DNA from: Eledone cirrhosa
Taxonomy: Eukaryota
Assembly: GCA_964016885.1 (NCBI GenBank)
Contig: OZ024744.1
Location: 129,270,001 to 129,334,000 of the forward strand
Direction of reading: 5' to 3'
DNA length: 64,000 nucleotides
Position 1 is the stretch's first letter. Every line of letters begins with the position of its first letter. Below are positions 11,201-24,075 of the stretch, piece by piece. Below the pieces are notes generated by a model. That model was not told the DNA's origin. It did not search any database and saw only the letters and a program-made list of their open reading frames with translations. The translations under genes and the position numbers were made by a program.

Positions 11201-13590
11201 TTTAAGTTAAGTTGGGGTTAAGTTAAGTTGGGGTTAAGTTAAGTTGGGGTTAAGTTAAGTTGGTTAGTTAAGTTGAGTTTAAGTTAAGCTGGGGTTAATT
11301 TAAGTTGGGGTTAAGTTAAGTTGGGGTTAAGTTAAGTTGGGGTTCAGTTAAGTTGGGGTTAAGTTAAGTGGTGGTTATGTTAAGTTGGGGTTAAGTTAAG
11401 TTGGGGTTAATTTAAATTGGGGTTAATTTAACTTTGTGGTTAAGTTAAGTTGGGGTTAATTTAAGTTGGGGTTAAGTTAAGTTGGTGTTAATTTAATTTG
11501 TGGTTAAGTTAAGTTGGGGTTAAGTTAAGTTGGGGTTGAGTTAAGCTGGCGTTAAGTTAAGTTGGGGTTAAAATAAGTTGGGGTTAAGTTAAGTTGGGGT
11601 TAAGTTAGGTTGGTGTTAAGTTAAGTTGGGGTTAAGTTAATTTGTGGTTAAGTTAAGTTGGGGTTAAGTTAAGTTGGGGTTAAGTTCAGTCGGGGTTAAG
11701 TTAAGTCGGGGTTAAGTTAAGTTGGGGTTAAGTTAAGTTGCGGTTAAGTTAAGTTGGGGTTAAGTTAAGTTGGGGTTAAGTTAATTAGGGTTAAGTTAAG
11801 TTGGGGTTAAGTTAAGTTGGGGTTAAGTTAAGTTGGGGTTAAGTTAAGTTGGGTTTAAGTTAAGTTGGGGCTAAGTTAAGTTAGGGCTAAGTTAAGTTGG
11901 GGTTCAATTAAGTTGCGGTTAATTTAAGTTGGGTTTAAGTTAAGTTGGGGTTAAGTTAAGTTGGGGTTATGTTAAGTTGGTGTTAAGTTAAGTTGGGGTT
12001 AAGTTAAGTTGGGGTTAAGTTAAGTTGGGGTTAAGTTAGGTTGGTGTTAAGTTAAGTTGGCGGTAAGTTAAGTTGGGGGTAAGTTAAGTTGGGGTTAAGT
12101 TGGGGTTAAGTTAAGGTAGGGTTAACTTAAGTTAGGGTTGTGTTAAGTGGTGGTTATGTTAAGTGGTGGTTATATTAAGTTAGGGTTAAGTTAAGTTGGG
12201 ATTAAGTTAAATTGGGGTTAAGTTAAGTTGAGGTTAAGTTAAGTTGGGGTTAAGTTAAGTTGGGGTTAAGTTAATTAGGGTTAAGTTAAGTTGGGGTTAA
12301 GTGAAGTTGGGGTTAAGTTAAGTTGGGGTTAAGTTAAGTTGGGGTTAAGTTAAGTCGGGGTTAAGTTAAGTTAGGGTTAAGTTAAGTTGGGGTTAATTTA
12401 AGTTGGGGTTAAGTTAAGTTGAGGTTAAAGTTAAGTAGGGGTTAAATTATGTTGGGGTTAAGTTAAGTTGGGGTTAAGTTAAGTTGGGGTTAAGTTAAGT
12501 TGGGGATAAGTTAAGATGGGGATAAGTTAAGTTGGGGTTAATTAAGTTGGGTTTAAGTTAAGTTGGGGTTAAGTTAAGTTGGGGTTAAATTAAGTTGGGG
12601 TTAAGTTAAGTTGGTTAGTTAAGTTGAGTTTAAGTTAAGTTGGGCTTAATTTAAGTTGGGGTTAAGTTAAGTTGGGGTTAAGTTAAGTTGGGGTTAAGTT
12701 AAGTTGGGGTTAAGTTAAGTTGGGGTTCAGTCAAGTTGGGGTTAAGTTAAGTTGGGGTTAAGTTGGGGTAAAATTAAGTTGGGGTTAAGTTAAGTTGGGG
12801 TTAAGTTAAGTTGGGGTTAAGTTAAGTTGGGGTTAAGTTAAGTTGCGGTTAAGTTAAGTTGAGGTTAAGTTAAGTTGGGGTTAAGTTAAGTTGGGGTTAA
12901 TTTAAGTTGGGGCTAAGTTAAGTTGGGGCTAAGTTAAGTTGGGGCTAAGTTAAGTTGGGGTTAAGTTAACTTTGGGTTAAGTTAAGTTGGGTTTGAGTTA
13001 AGTTGGGGTTAATTAAGTTGGGGTTAAGTTAAGTTGGGGTTAAGTTAAGTTGGGGTTAAGTTAAGTTGGGGCTAAGTTAAGTTGCGGTTAAGTTAAGTTG
13101 ATGTTAAGTTAAGTTGGGGTTAAGTTAAGTTGGGGTTAAGTTAAGTTGGGGCTAAGTTAAGTTGGGGCTAAGTTAAGTTGGGGCTAAGTTAAGTTGGGGT
13201 TAAGTTAAGGTGGGGTTAAGTTAAGTTGGGGTCAACTTAAGTTGGGGTTAAGTTAAGTTGGGGTTAAGTTAAGTTGGGGTTAAGTTAAGTTGGGGTTAAG
13301 TTAAGTTGGGGTTACGTTAAGTTGGGGGTAAGTTAAGTTGGTGGTAAGTTAAGATGGGGTTAAGTTAAGTTGGGGTTAATTTAATTTGGGGTTAAGTTAA
13401 GTTAGGGTTAAGTTAAGTTGGGGTTATGTTAAGTTGGGGTTAAGTTAAGTTGGGTTTAAGTTAAGTTGGGGTTCAATTAAGTTGCGGTTAATTTAAGTTG
13501 GGTTTAAGTTAAGTTGGGGTTAAGTTAAGTTGGGGTTATGTTAAGTTGGTGTTAAGTTAAGTTGGGGTTAAGTTAAGTTGGGGTTAAGTT
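2215..13590 (+). repeat. Tandem duplication of a ~5.68-kb higher-order block (copy A ~2215-7900, copy B ~7900-13590)
   Basis: Rare variant GGGGATCAG has its C at 5010 and 10687 (offset 5677). TTGCGG has its C at 7169 and 12846 (5677). The offset is 5693 before a one-monomer deletion near 8400-8440. Confidence 0.9.
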
Positions 13591-16241
13591 AAGTTGGGGT
13601 TAAGTTAGGTTGGTGTTAAGTTAAGTTGGCGGTAAGTTAAGTTGGGGGTAAGTTAAGTTGGTGTTAAGTTATGTTGGGGTTAAGTTAAGTTGGGGTTAAG
13701 TTAAGTTGGGTTTAAGTTAAGTTGGGGCTAAGTTAAGTTAGGGCTAAGTTAAGTTGGGGTTAAGTAAAGTTAGGGCTAAGTTAAGTTGGGGTTAAGTTAA
13801 GTTGGGGTTAATTTAAGTTGGGGTTACATTAAGTTGAGGTTAAGTTAAGTTGGGGTTAAGTTAAGTTGGGTTTAAGTTAAGTTGGGGCTAAGTTAAGTTA
13901 GGGCTAAGTTAAGTTGGGGCTGAGTTAAGTTGGGGTTAAGTTAAGTTGGGGTTAAGGTAAGTTGGGGTTAAGTTAAGTTCGGGTTAAGTTAAGTTGGTGT
14001 TAAGTTAAGTTGGGGCTGAGTTAAGTTGGGGCTAAGTTAAGTTGGGTCTAAGTTAAGTTGGGGTTAAGTTAAGTTGGGGTTAAGTTAAGTTGGTGTTAAA
14101 TTAAGTTGGGGTTAAGTTAAGTTGGTGTTAAGTTAAGTTGGGGTTAAGTTAAGTTGGGGTTAATTAAGTTGGGGTTAAGTTAAGTTGGGGTTAAGTTAAT
14201 TGGGGTTAAATTAAGTTAGGGTTGAGTTAAGTTGGGGTTAAGTTAAGTTGGGGTTATGTTAAGTTGATGTTAACTTAAGTTGGGGTTAAGTTAAGTTGGG
14301 GTTAAGTTAAGTTGGGGTTAAGTTAGGTTGGTGTTAAGTTAAGTTGGCGGTAAGTTAAGTTGGGGGTAAGTTAAGTTGGTGTTAAGTTATGTTGGGGTTA
14401 AGTTAAGTTGGGGTTAAGTTAAGTTGGGTTTAATTTAAGTTGGGGCTAAGTTAAGTTAGGGCTAAGTTAAGTTGGGGTTAAGTAAAGTTAGGGCTAAGTT
14501 AAGTTGGGGTTAAGTTAAGTTGGGGTTAAGTTAAGTTGGGTTTAAGTTAAGTTGGGGCTAAGTTAAGTTGGGGTTGAGTTAAGTTGGGGTTAAGTTAAGT
14601 TGGGGCTGAGTTAAGTTGGGGTTAAGTTAAGTTGGGGTTGAGTTAAGTTGGGGTTAAGTTAAGTTGGGGTTAAGTTAAGTTGGGGTTAAGTTAAGTTGGG
14701 GCTGAGTTAAGTTGGGATTACGTTAAGTTGGGGTTAAGGTAAGTTGGGGTTAAGTTAAGTTCGGGTTAAGTTAAGTTGGTGTTAAGTTAAGTTGGGGCTG
14801 AGTTAAGTTGGGGCTAAGTTAAGTTGGGTCTAAGTTAAGTTGGGGTTAAGTTAAGTTGGGGTTAAGTTAAGTTGGTGTTAAATTAAGTTGGGGTTAAGTT
14901 AAGTTGGTGTTAAGTTAAGTTGGGGTTAAGTTAAGTTGGGGTTAATTAAGTTGGGGTTAAGTTAAGTTGGGGTTAAGTTAACTGGGGTTAAATTAAGTTA
15001 GGGTTGAGTTAAGTTGGGGTTAAGTTAAGGTGGGGTTAAGTTAAGTTGGGGTCAACTTAAGTTGGGGTTAAGTTAAGTTGGGGTTAAGTTAAGTTGGGGT
15101 TAAGTTAAGTTGGGGTTAAGTTAAGTTGGGGTTACGTTAAGTTGGGGGTAAGTTAAGTTGGTGGTAAGTTAAGATGGGGTTAAGTTAAGTTGGGGTTAAT
15201 TTAATTTGGGGTTAAGTTAAGTTAGGGTTAAGTTAAGTTGGAGTTATGTTAAGTTGGGGTTAAGTTAAGTTGGGGTTAAGTTAAGTTGGGGTTCAATTAA
15301 GTTGCGGTTAATTTAAGTTGGGTTTAAGTTAAGTTGGGGTTAAGTTAAGTTGGGGTTATGTTAAGTTGGTGTTAAGTTAAGTTGGGGTTAAGTTAAGTTG
15401 GGGTTAAGTTAAGTTGGGGTTAAGTTAGGTTGGTGTTAAGTTAAGTTGGCGGTAAGTTAAGTTGGGGGTAAGTTAAGTTGGGGTTAAGTTGGGGTTAAGT
15501 TAAGGTAGGGTTAACTTAAGTTGGGGTTGTGTTAAGTGGTGGTTATGTTAAGTGGTGGTTATATTTAGTTAGGGTTAAGTTAAGTTGGGATTAAGTTAAA
15601 TTGGGGTTAAGTTAAGTTGAGGTTAAGTTAAGTTGGGGTTAAGTTAAGTTGGGGTTAAGTTAATTAGGGTTAAGTTAAGTTGGGGTTAAGTGAAGTTGGG
15701 GTTAAGTTAAGTTGGGGTTAAGTTAAGTTGGCGTTAAGTTAAGTCGGGGTTAAGTTAAGTTAGGGTTAAGTTAAGTTGGGGTTAATTTAAGTTGGGGTTA
15801 AGTTAAGTTGGGGTTAAGTTAAGTTGGGGTTAAGTTAAGTTGAGGTTAAAGTTAAGTAGGGGTTAAATTATGTTGGGGTTAAGTTAAGTTGGGCTTAAGT
15901 TAAGTTGGGGTTGAGTTAAGTTGGGGTTAAGTTAAGTTGGGGATAAGTTAAGTTGGGGTTAATTAAGTTGGGTTTAAGTTAAGTTGGGGTTAAGTTAAGT
16001 TGGGGTTAAATTAAGTTGGGGTTAAGTTAAGTTGGTTAGTTAAGTTGAGTTTAAGTTAAGTTGGGCTTAATTTAAGTTGGGGTTAAGTTAAGTTGGGGTT
16101 AAGTTAAGTTGGGGTTAAGTTAAGTTGGGGTTAAGTTAAGTTGGGGTTCAGTCAAGTTGGGGTTAAGTTAAGTTGGGGTTAAGTTGGGGTAAAATTAAGT
16201 TGGGGTTAAGTTAAGTTGGGGTTAAGTTAAGTTGGGGTTAA

Positions 16242-19200
16242 GTTAAGTTGGGGTTAAGTTAAGTTGCGGTTAAGTTAAGTTGAGGTTAAGTTAAGTTGGG
16301 GTTAAGTTAAGTTGGGGTTAATTTAAGTTGGGGCTAAGTTAAGTTGGGGCTAAGTTAAGTTGGGGCTAAGTTAAGTTGGGGTTAAGTTAACTTTGGGTTA
16401 AGTTAAGTTGGGTTTGAGTTAAGTTGGGGTTAATTAAGTTGGGGTTAAGTTAAGTTGGGGTTAAGTTAAGTTGGGGTTAAGTTAAGTTGGGGCTAAGTTA
16501 AGTTGCGGTTAAGTTAAGTTGATGTTAAGTTAAGTTGGGGTTAAGTTAAGTTGGGGTTAAGTTAAGTTGGGGCTAAGTTAAGTTGGGGCTAATTTAAGTT
16601 GGGGCTAAGTTAAGTTGGGGTTAAGTTAAGGTGGGGTTAAGTTAAGTTGGGGTCAACTTAAGTTGGGGTTAAGTTAAGTTGGGGTTAAGTTAAGTTGGGG
16701 TTAAGTTAAGTTGGGGTTAAGTTAAGTTGGGGTTACGTTAAGTTGGGGGTAAGTTAAGTTGGTGGTAAGTTAAGATGGGGTTAAGTTAAGTTGGGGTTAA
16801 TTTAATTTGGGGTTAAGTTAAGTTAGGGTTAAGTTAAGTTGGGGTTATGTTAAGTTGGGGTTAAGTTAAGTTGGGGTTAAGTTAAGTTGGGGTTCAATTA
16901 AGTTGCGGTTAATTTAAGTTGGGTTTAAGTTAAGTTGGGGTTAAGTTAAGTTGGGGTTATGTTAAGTTGGTGTTAAGTTAAGTTGGGGTTAAGTTAAGTT
17001 GGGGTTAAGTTAAGTTGGGGTTAAGTTAGGTTGGTGTTAAGTTAAGTTGGCGGTAAGTTAAGTTGGGGGTAAGTTAAGTTGGTGTTAAGTTATGTTGGGG
17101 TTAAGTTAAGTTGGGGTTAAGTTAAGTTGGGTTTAAGTTAAGTTGGGGCTAAGTTAAGTTAGGGCTAAGTTAAGTTGGGGTTAAGTAAAGTTAGGGCTAA
17201 GTTAAGTTGGGGTTAAGTTAAGTTGGGGTTAATTTAAGTTGGGGTTACATTAAGTTGAGGTTAAGTTAAGTTGGGGTTAAGTTAAGTTGGGTTTAAGTTA
17301 AGTTGGGGCTAAGTTAAGTTAGGGCTAAGTTAAGTTGGGGCTGAGTTAAGTTGAGGTTAAGTTAAGTTGGGGTTGAGTTAAGTTGGGGTTAAGTTAAGTT
17401 GGGGTTAAGTTAAGTTGGGGTTAAGTTAAGTTGGGGCTGAGTTAAGTTGGGATTACGTTAAGTTGGGGTTAAGGTAAGTTGGGGTTAAGTTAAGTTCGGG
17501 TTAAGTTAAGTTGGTGTTAAGTTAAGTTGGGGCTGAGTTAAGTTGGGGCTAAGTTAAGTTGGGTCTAAGTTAAGTTGGGGTTAAGTTAAGTTGGGGTTAA
17601 GTTAAGTTGGTGTTAAATTAAGTTGGGGTTAAGTTAAGTTGGTGTTAAGTTAAGTTGGGGTTAAGTTAAGTTGGGGTTAATTAAGTTGGGCTTAAGTTAA
17701 GTTGGGGTTAAGTTAATTGGGGTTAAATTAAGTTAGGGTTGAGTTAAGTTGGGGTTAAGTTAAGGTGGGGTTAAGTTAAGTTGGGGTCAACTTAAGTTGG
17801 GGTTAAGTTAAGTTGGGGTTAAGTTAAGTTGGGGTTAAGTTAAGTTGGGGTTAAGTTAAGTTGGGGTTACGTTAAGTTGGGGGTAAGTTAAGTTGGTGGT
17901 AAGTTAAGATGGGGTTAAGTTAAGTTGGGGTTAATTTAATTTGGGGTTAAGTTAAGTTAGGGTTAAGTTAAGTTGGGGTTATGTTAAGTTGGGGTTAAGT
18001 TAAGTTGGGGTTAAGTTAAGTTGGGGTTCAATTAAGTTGGGGTTAAGTTAAGTTGGGGGTAAGATAAGTTGGGGTTAGTTAAGTTGGGGTTAAGTTAAGT
18101 TGGGGTTAAGTTAAGTTGGGGTTAAGTTAAGTTGGGGTTAAGTTAAGTTGGGGTTAAGTTAAGTTGGGGTTAAGTTAAGTTGGGGTTAAGTTAAGTTGGT
18201 GTTAAATTAAGTTGGGGTTAAGTTAAGTTGGTGTTAAGTTAAGTTGGGGTTAAGTTAAGTTGGGGTTAATTAAGTTGGGGTTAAGTTAAGTTGGGGTTAA
18301 GTTAATTGGGGTTAAATTAAGTTAGGGTTGAGTTAAGTTGGGGTTAAGTTAAGGTGGGGTTAAGTTAAGTTGGGGTCAACTTAAGTTGGGGTTAAGTTAA
18401 GTTGGGGTTAAGTTAAGTTGGGGGTAAGATAAGTTGGGGTTAGTTAAGTTGGGGTTAAGTTAAGTTGGGGTTAAGTTAAGTTGGGGTTAAGTTAAGTTGG
18501 GGTTAAGTTAAGTTGGGGTTAAGTTAAGTTGGGGTTAATTTAAGTTGGGGTTAATTTAAGTTGGGGTTAAGTTAAGTTGGGGTTAAGTTAAGTTGGGGTA
18601 AAGTTAAGTTGGGGGTAAGTTAAGTTGGGGTTAAGTTAAGTTGGGGTTAAGTTGGGGTTAAGTTAAGTTAGGGTTAACTTAAGTTGGGGTTGTGTTAAGT
18701 GGTGGTTATGTTAAGTTGGGGTTAAGTTAAATTGAGGTTAAGTTAGGTTGCGGTTAAGTTAAGTTGGGGTTAAGTTAAGTTGGGGTTAAGTTAATTAGGG
18801 TTAAGTTAAGTTGGGGTTAAGTTAAGTTGGGGTTAAGTTAATTTGTTGTTAAGTTAAGTTGGGGTTAAGTTAAGTTTGGGTTAAGTTAAGTTGGGGATAA
18901 TTTAAGTTGGGGATAAGTTAAGTTGGGGTTAATTAAGTTGGGTTTAAGTTAAGTTGGGGTTAAGTTAAGTTGGGGTTAAGTTAAGTTGGGGTTAAGTTAA
19001 GTTGGTTAGTTAAGTTGAGTTTAAGTTAAGTTGGGGTTAATTTAAGTTGGGGTTAAGTTAAGTTGGGGTTAATTTAAGTTGGGGTTAAGTTAAGTTGGGG
19101 TTAAGTTAAGTTGGGGTTCAGTTAAGTTGGGGTTAAGTTAAGTTGGGGTTAAGTTGGGGTAAAATTAAGTTGGGGTTAAGTTAAGTTGGGGTTAAGTTAA

Positions 19201-22200
19201 GTTGGGGTTAAGTTAAGTTGCGGTTAAGTTAAGTTGAGGTTAAGTTAAGTTGGAGTTAAGTTAAGTTGGGGTTAAGTTAAGTTGGGGCTAAGTTAAGTTG
19301 GGGCTAAGTTAAGTTGGGGCTAAGTTAAGTTGGGGTTAAGTTAACTTTGGGTTAAGTTAAGTTGGGTTTGAGTTAAGTTGGGGTTAATTAAGTTGGGGTT
19401 AAGTTAAGTTGGGGTTAAGTTAAGTTGGGGTTAAGTTAAGTTGGGGTTAAGTTAAGTTGCGGTTAAGTTAAGTTGATGTTAAGTTAAGTTGGGGTTAAGT
19501 TAAGTTGGGGTTAAGTTAAGTTGGGGCTAAGTTAAGTTGGAGCTAAGTTAAGTTGGGGCTAAGTTAAGTTGGGGTTAAGTTAAGTTGGGGTTAAGTTAAG
19601 GTGGGGTTAAGTTAAGTTGCGGTTAAGTTAAGTTGGGGTTAAGTTAAGTTGGGGGTCAGTTAAGTTGGTGGTAAGTTAAGTTGGGGGTAAGTTAAGATGG
19701 GGTAAAGTTAAGTTGGGGTTAATTTAATTTGGGGTTAAGTTAAGTTAGGGTTAAGTTAAGTTGGGGTTGAGTTAAGTTCGGGTTAAGTTAAGTTGGGGTT
19801 ATGTTAAGTGGGGGTTAAGTTAAGTTGGGGTTAAGTTAAGTTGGGGTTCAATTAAGTTGCGGATAATTTAAGTTGGGGTTAAGTTAAGTTGGGGTTAAGT
19901 TAAGTTGGGGTTAAGTTAAGTTGGGGTTAAATTAAGTTGGGGTTAAATTAAGTTGGGGTTAAGTTAAGTTGGGGTTATGTTAAGTTGGTGTTAAGTTAAG
20001 TTGGGGTTAAGTTAAGTTAGGGTTAAGTTAGGTTGGTGTTAATTTAAGTTGGGGGTAAGTTAAGTTGGGGGTAAGTTAAGTTGGTGTTAAGTTAAGTTGG
20101 GGTTAAGTTAAGTTGGGGTTAAGTTAAGTTGGGTTTAAGTTAAGTTGGGGCTAAGTTAAGTTAGGGCTAAGTTAAGTTGGGGTTAAGTAAAGTTAGGGCT
20201 AAGTTAAGTTGGGGTTAAGTTAAGTTGGGGTTAATTTAAGTTGGGGTTACATTAAGTTGAGGTTAAGTTAAGTTGTGGTTAAGTTAAGTTAGGGTTAATT
20301 TAAGTTAGGGTTATGTTAAGTTGGGGTTAAGTTAAGTTGGGGTTAAGTTAGGTTGGTGTTAAGTTAAGTTGGGGTTAAGTTAATTTGTGGTTAAGTTAAG
20401 TTGGGGTTAAGTTAAGTTGGGGTTAAGTTCAGTCGGGGTTAAGTTAAGTCGGGGTTAAGTTAAGTTGTGGTTAAGTTAAGTTGGGGTTAAGTTAAGTTGG
20501 GGTTAAAATAAGTTGGGGTTAAGTTAAGTTGGGGTTGAGTTAAGTTGGGGTTGAGTTAATTTGGGGTTAAGTTAAGTTGGGGTTAACTTAAGTTGGGTTT
20601 AATTTAAGTTGGGGTTAATTTAAGTTGGGGTTAAATTAAGTTGGGGTTAAGTTAAGTTGGGGGTAAGATAAGTTGGGGTTAGTTAAGTTGCGGTTAAGTT
20701 AAGTTGGGGTAAAGTTAAGTTGGGGTTAAGTTAAGTTGTGGTTAAGTTAAGTTGGGGTTAAGTTAAGTTGGGGTTAATTTAAGTTGGGGTTAAGTTAAGT
20801 TGGGGTTAATTTAAGTTGGGGTTAATTTAAGTTGGGGTTAAGTTAAGTTGGGGTTAAGTTAAGTTGGGGTAAAGTTAAGTTGGGGTTAAGTTAAGTTGGG
20901 GTTAAGTTAAGTTGGGGTTAAGTTGGGGTTAAGTTAAGTTAGGGTTAACTTAAGTTGGGGTTGTGTTAAGTGGTGGTTATGTTAAGTGGTGGTTATGTTA
21001 AGTTGGGGTTAAGTTAAGTTGCGGTTAATTTAAGTTGGGGTTAAGTTAAGTTGGGGTTAAGTTAATTAGGGTTAAGTTAAGTTGGGGTTAAGTTAAGTTG
21101 GGGTTAAGTTAAGTTGGGGTTAAGTTAAGTCGGGGTTAAGTTAAGTTAGGGTTAAGTTAAGTTGGGGTTAATTTAAGTTGGGGTTAAGTTAAGTTGAGGT
21201 TAAAGTTAAGTAGGGGTTAAATTATGTTGGGGTTAAGTTAAGTTGGGGATCAGTTAAGTTGGGGATAAGTTAAGTTGGGGTTAATTAAGTTGGGTTTAAG
21301 TTAAGTTGGGGTTAAGTTAAGTTGGGGTTAAGTTAAGTTGGTTAGTTAAGTTGAGTTTAAGTTAAGTTGGGCTTAATTTAAGTTGGGGTTAAGTTAAGTT
21401 GGGGTTAAGTTAAGTTGGGGTTAAGTTAAGTTGGGGTAACGTTAAGTTGGGGGTAAGTTAAGTTGGGGTTAAGTTAAGTTGGGGTTAAGTTGGGGTTAAG
21501 TTAAGTTAGGGTTAACTTAAGTTGGGGTTGTGTTAAGTGGTGGTTATGTTAAGTGGTGGTTATGTTAAGTTGGGGTTAAGTTAAGTTGGGGTTAAGTTAA
21601 GTTGGGGTTAAGTTAATTAGGGTTAAGTTAAGTTGGGTTTAAGTTAAGTTGGGGTTAAGTTAATTTGTGGTTAAGTTAAGTTGGGGTTAAGTTAAGTTGG
21701 GGATAAGTTAAGTTGGGGATAAGTTAAGTTGGGGTTAATTAAGTTGGGTTTAAGTTAAGTTGGGGTTAAGTTAAGTTGGGGTTAAGTTAAGTTGGGGTTA
21801 AGTTAAGTTGGTTAGTTAAGTTGAGTTTAAGTTAAGCTGGGGTTAATTTAAGTTGGGGTTAAGTTAAGTTGGGGTTAAGTTAAGTTGGGGTTCAGTTAAG
21901 TTGGGGTTAAGTTAAGTGGTGGTTATGTTAAGTTGGGGTTAAGTTAAGTTGGGGTTAATTTAAATTGGGGTTAATTTAACTTTGTGGTTAAGTTAAGTTG
22001 GGGTTAATTTAAGTTGGGGTTAAGTTAAGTTGGTGTTAATTTAATTTGTGGTTAAGTTAAGTTGGGGTTAAGTTAAGTTGGGGTTGAGTTAAGCTGGCGT
22101 TAAGTTAAGTTGGGGTTAAAATAAGTTGGGGTTAAGGTAAGTTGGGGTTAAGTTAGGTTGGTGTTAAGTTAAGTTGGGGTTAAGTTAATTTGTGGTTAAG

Positions 22201-22450
22201 TTAAGTTGGGGTTAAGTTAAGTTGGGGTTAAGTTCAGTCGGGGTTAAGTTAAGTCGGGGTTAAGTTAAGTTGGGGTTAAGTTAAGTTGCGGTTAAGTTAA
22301 GTTGGGGTTAAGTTAAGTTGGGGTTAAGTTAATTAGGGTTAAGTTAAGTTGGGGTTAAGTTAAGTTGGGGTTAAGTTAAGTTGGGGTTAAGTTAAGTTGG
22401 GTTTAAGTTAAGTTGGGGCTAAGTTAAGTTAGGGCTAAGTTAAGTTGGGG
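16242..22450 (+). repeat. Near-identical copy of positions 1-~6225 at a spacing of ~16.24 kb
   Basis: Markers: TTGCGG C at 26/16267, GGGGCTAATTT C at 348/16589, GGGGATCAG C at 5010/21251 (all offset 16241). The offset drops to 16225 after loss of one monomer near 21570-21610. Confidence 0.9.
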
Positions 22451-24075
22451 TTAAGTTAAGTTGGGGTAAAGTTAAGTTGGGGTTAAGTTAAGTTGGGGTT
22501 AAGTTAAGTTGGGGTTAAGTTGGGGTTAAGTTAAGTTAGGGTTAACTTAAGTTGGGGTTGTGTTAAGTGGTGGTTATGTTAAGTGGTGGTTATGTTAAGT
22601 TGGGGTTAAGTTAAGTTGCGGTTAATTTAAGTTGGGGTTAAGTTAAGTTGGGGTTAAGTTAATTAGGGTTAAGTTAAGTTGGGGTTAAGTTAAGTTGGCG
22701 TTAAGTTAAGTTGGGGTTAAGTTAAGTCGGGGTTAAGTTAAGTTAGGGTTAAGTTAAGTTGGGGTTAATTTAAGTTGGGGTTAAGTTAAGTTGAGGTTAA
22801 AGTTAAGTAGGGGTTAAATTATGTTGGGGTTAAGTTAAGTTGGGGATAAGTTAAGTTGGGGATAAGTTAAGTTGGGGTTAATTAAGTTGGGTTTAAGTTA
22901 AGTTGGGGTTAAGTTAAGTTGGGGTTAAGTTAAGTTGGGGTTAAGTTAAGTTGGTTAGTTAAGTTGAGTTTAAGTTAAGTTGGGCTTAATTTAAGTTGGG
23001 GTTAAGTTAAGTTGGGGTTAAGTTAAGTTGGGGTTAAGTTAAGTTGGGGTAACGTTAAGTTGGGGGTAAGTTAAGTTGGGGTTAAGTTAAGTTGGGGTTA
23101 AGTTGGGGTTAAGTTAAGTTAGGGTTAACTTAAGTTGGGGTTGTGTTAAGTGGTGGTTATGTTAAGTGGTGGTTATGTTAAGTTGGGGTTAAGTTAAGTT
23201 GGGGTTAAGTTAAGTTGGGGTTAAGTTAAGTTGGGGTTAAGTTAATTAGGGTTAAGTTAAGTTGGGTTTAAGTTAAGTTGGGGTTAAGTTAATTTGTGGT
23301 TAAGTTAAGTTGGGGTTAAGTTAAGTTGGGGATAAGTTAAGTTGGGGATAAGTTAAGTTGGGGTTAATTAAGTTGGGTTTAAGTTAAGTTGGGGTTAAGT
23401 TAAGTTGGGGTTAAGTTAAGTTGGGGTTAAGTTAAGTTGGTTAGTTAAGTTGAGTTTAAGTTAAGCTGGGGTTAATTTAAGTTGGGGTTAAGTTAAGTTG
23501 GGGTTAAGTTAAGTTGGGGTTCAGTTAAGTTGGGGTTAAGTTAAGTGGTGGTTATGTTAAGTTGGGGTTAAGTTAAGTTGGGGTTAATTTAAATTGGGGT
23601 TAATTTAACTTTGTGGTTAAGTTAAGTTGGGGTTAATTTAAGTTGGGGTTAAGTTAAGTTGGTGTTAATTTAATTTGTGGTTAAGTTAAGTTGGGGTTAA
23701 GTTAAGTTGGGGTTGAGTTAAGCTGGCGTTAAGTTAAGTTGGGGTTAAAATAAGTTGGGGTTAAGTTAAGTTGGGGTTAAGTTAGGTTGGTGTTAAGTTA
23801 AGTTGGGGTTAAGTTAATTTGTGGTTAAGTTAAGTTGGGGTTAAGTTAAGTTGGGGTTAAGTTCAGTCGGGGTTAAGTTAAGTCGGGGTTAAGTTAAGTT
23901 GGGGTTAAGTTAAGTTGCGGTTAAGTTAAGTTGGGGTTAAGTTAAGTTGGGGTTAAGTTAATTAGGGTTAAGTTAAGTTGGGGTTAAGTTAAGTTGGGGT
24001 TAAGTTAAGTTGGGGTTAAGTTAAGTTGGGTTTAAGTTAAGTTGGGGCTAAGTTAAGTTAGGGCTAAGTTAAGTT
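20860..24075 (+). repeat. Tandem duplication of a ~1.6-kb block
   Basis: GGGGTAACG C at 21440/23053 (offset 1613). AAGCTGGCG C at 22094/23723 (offset 1629). The order of intervening variants is the same in both copies. Confidence 0.8.
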
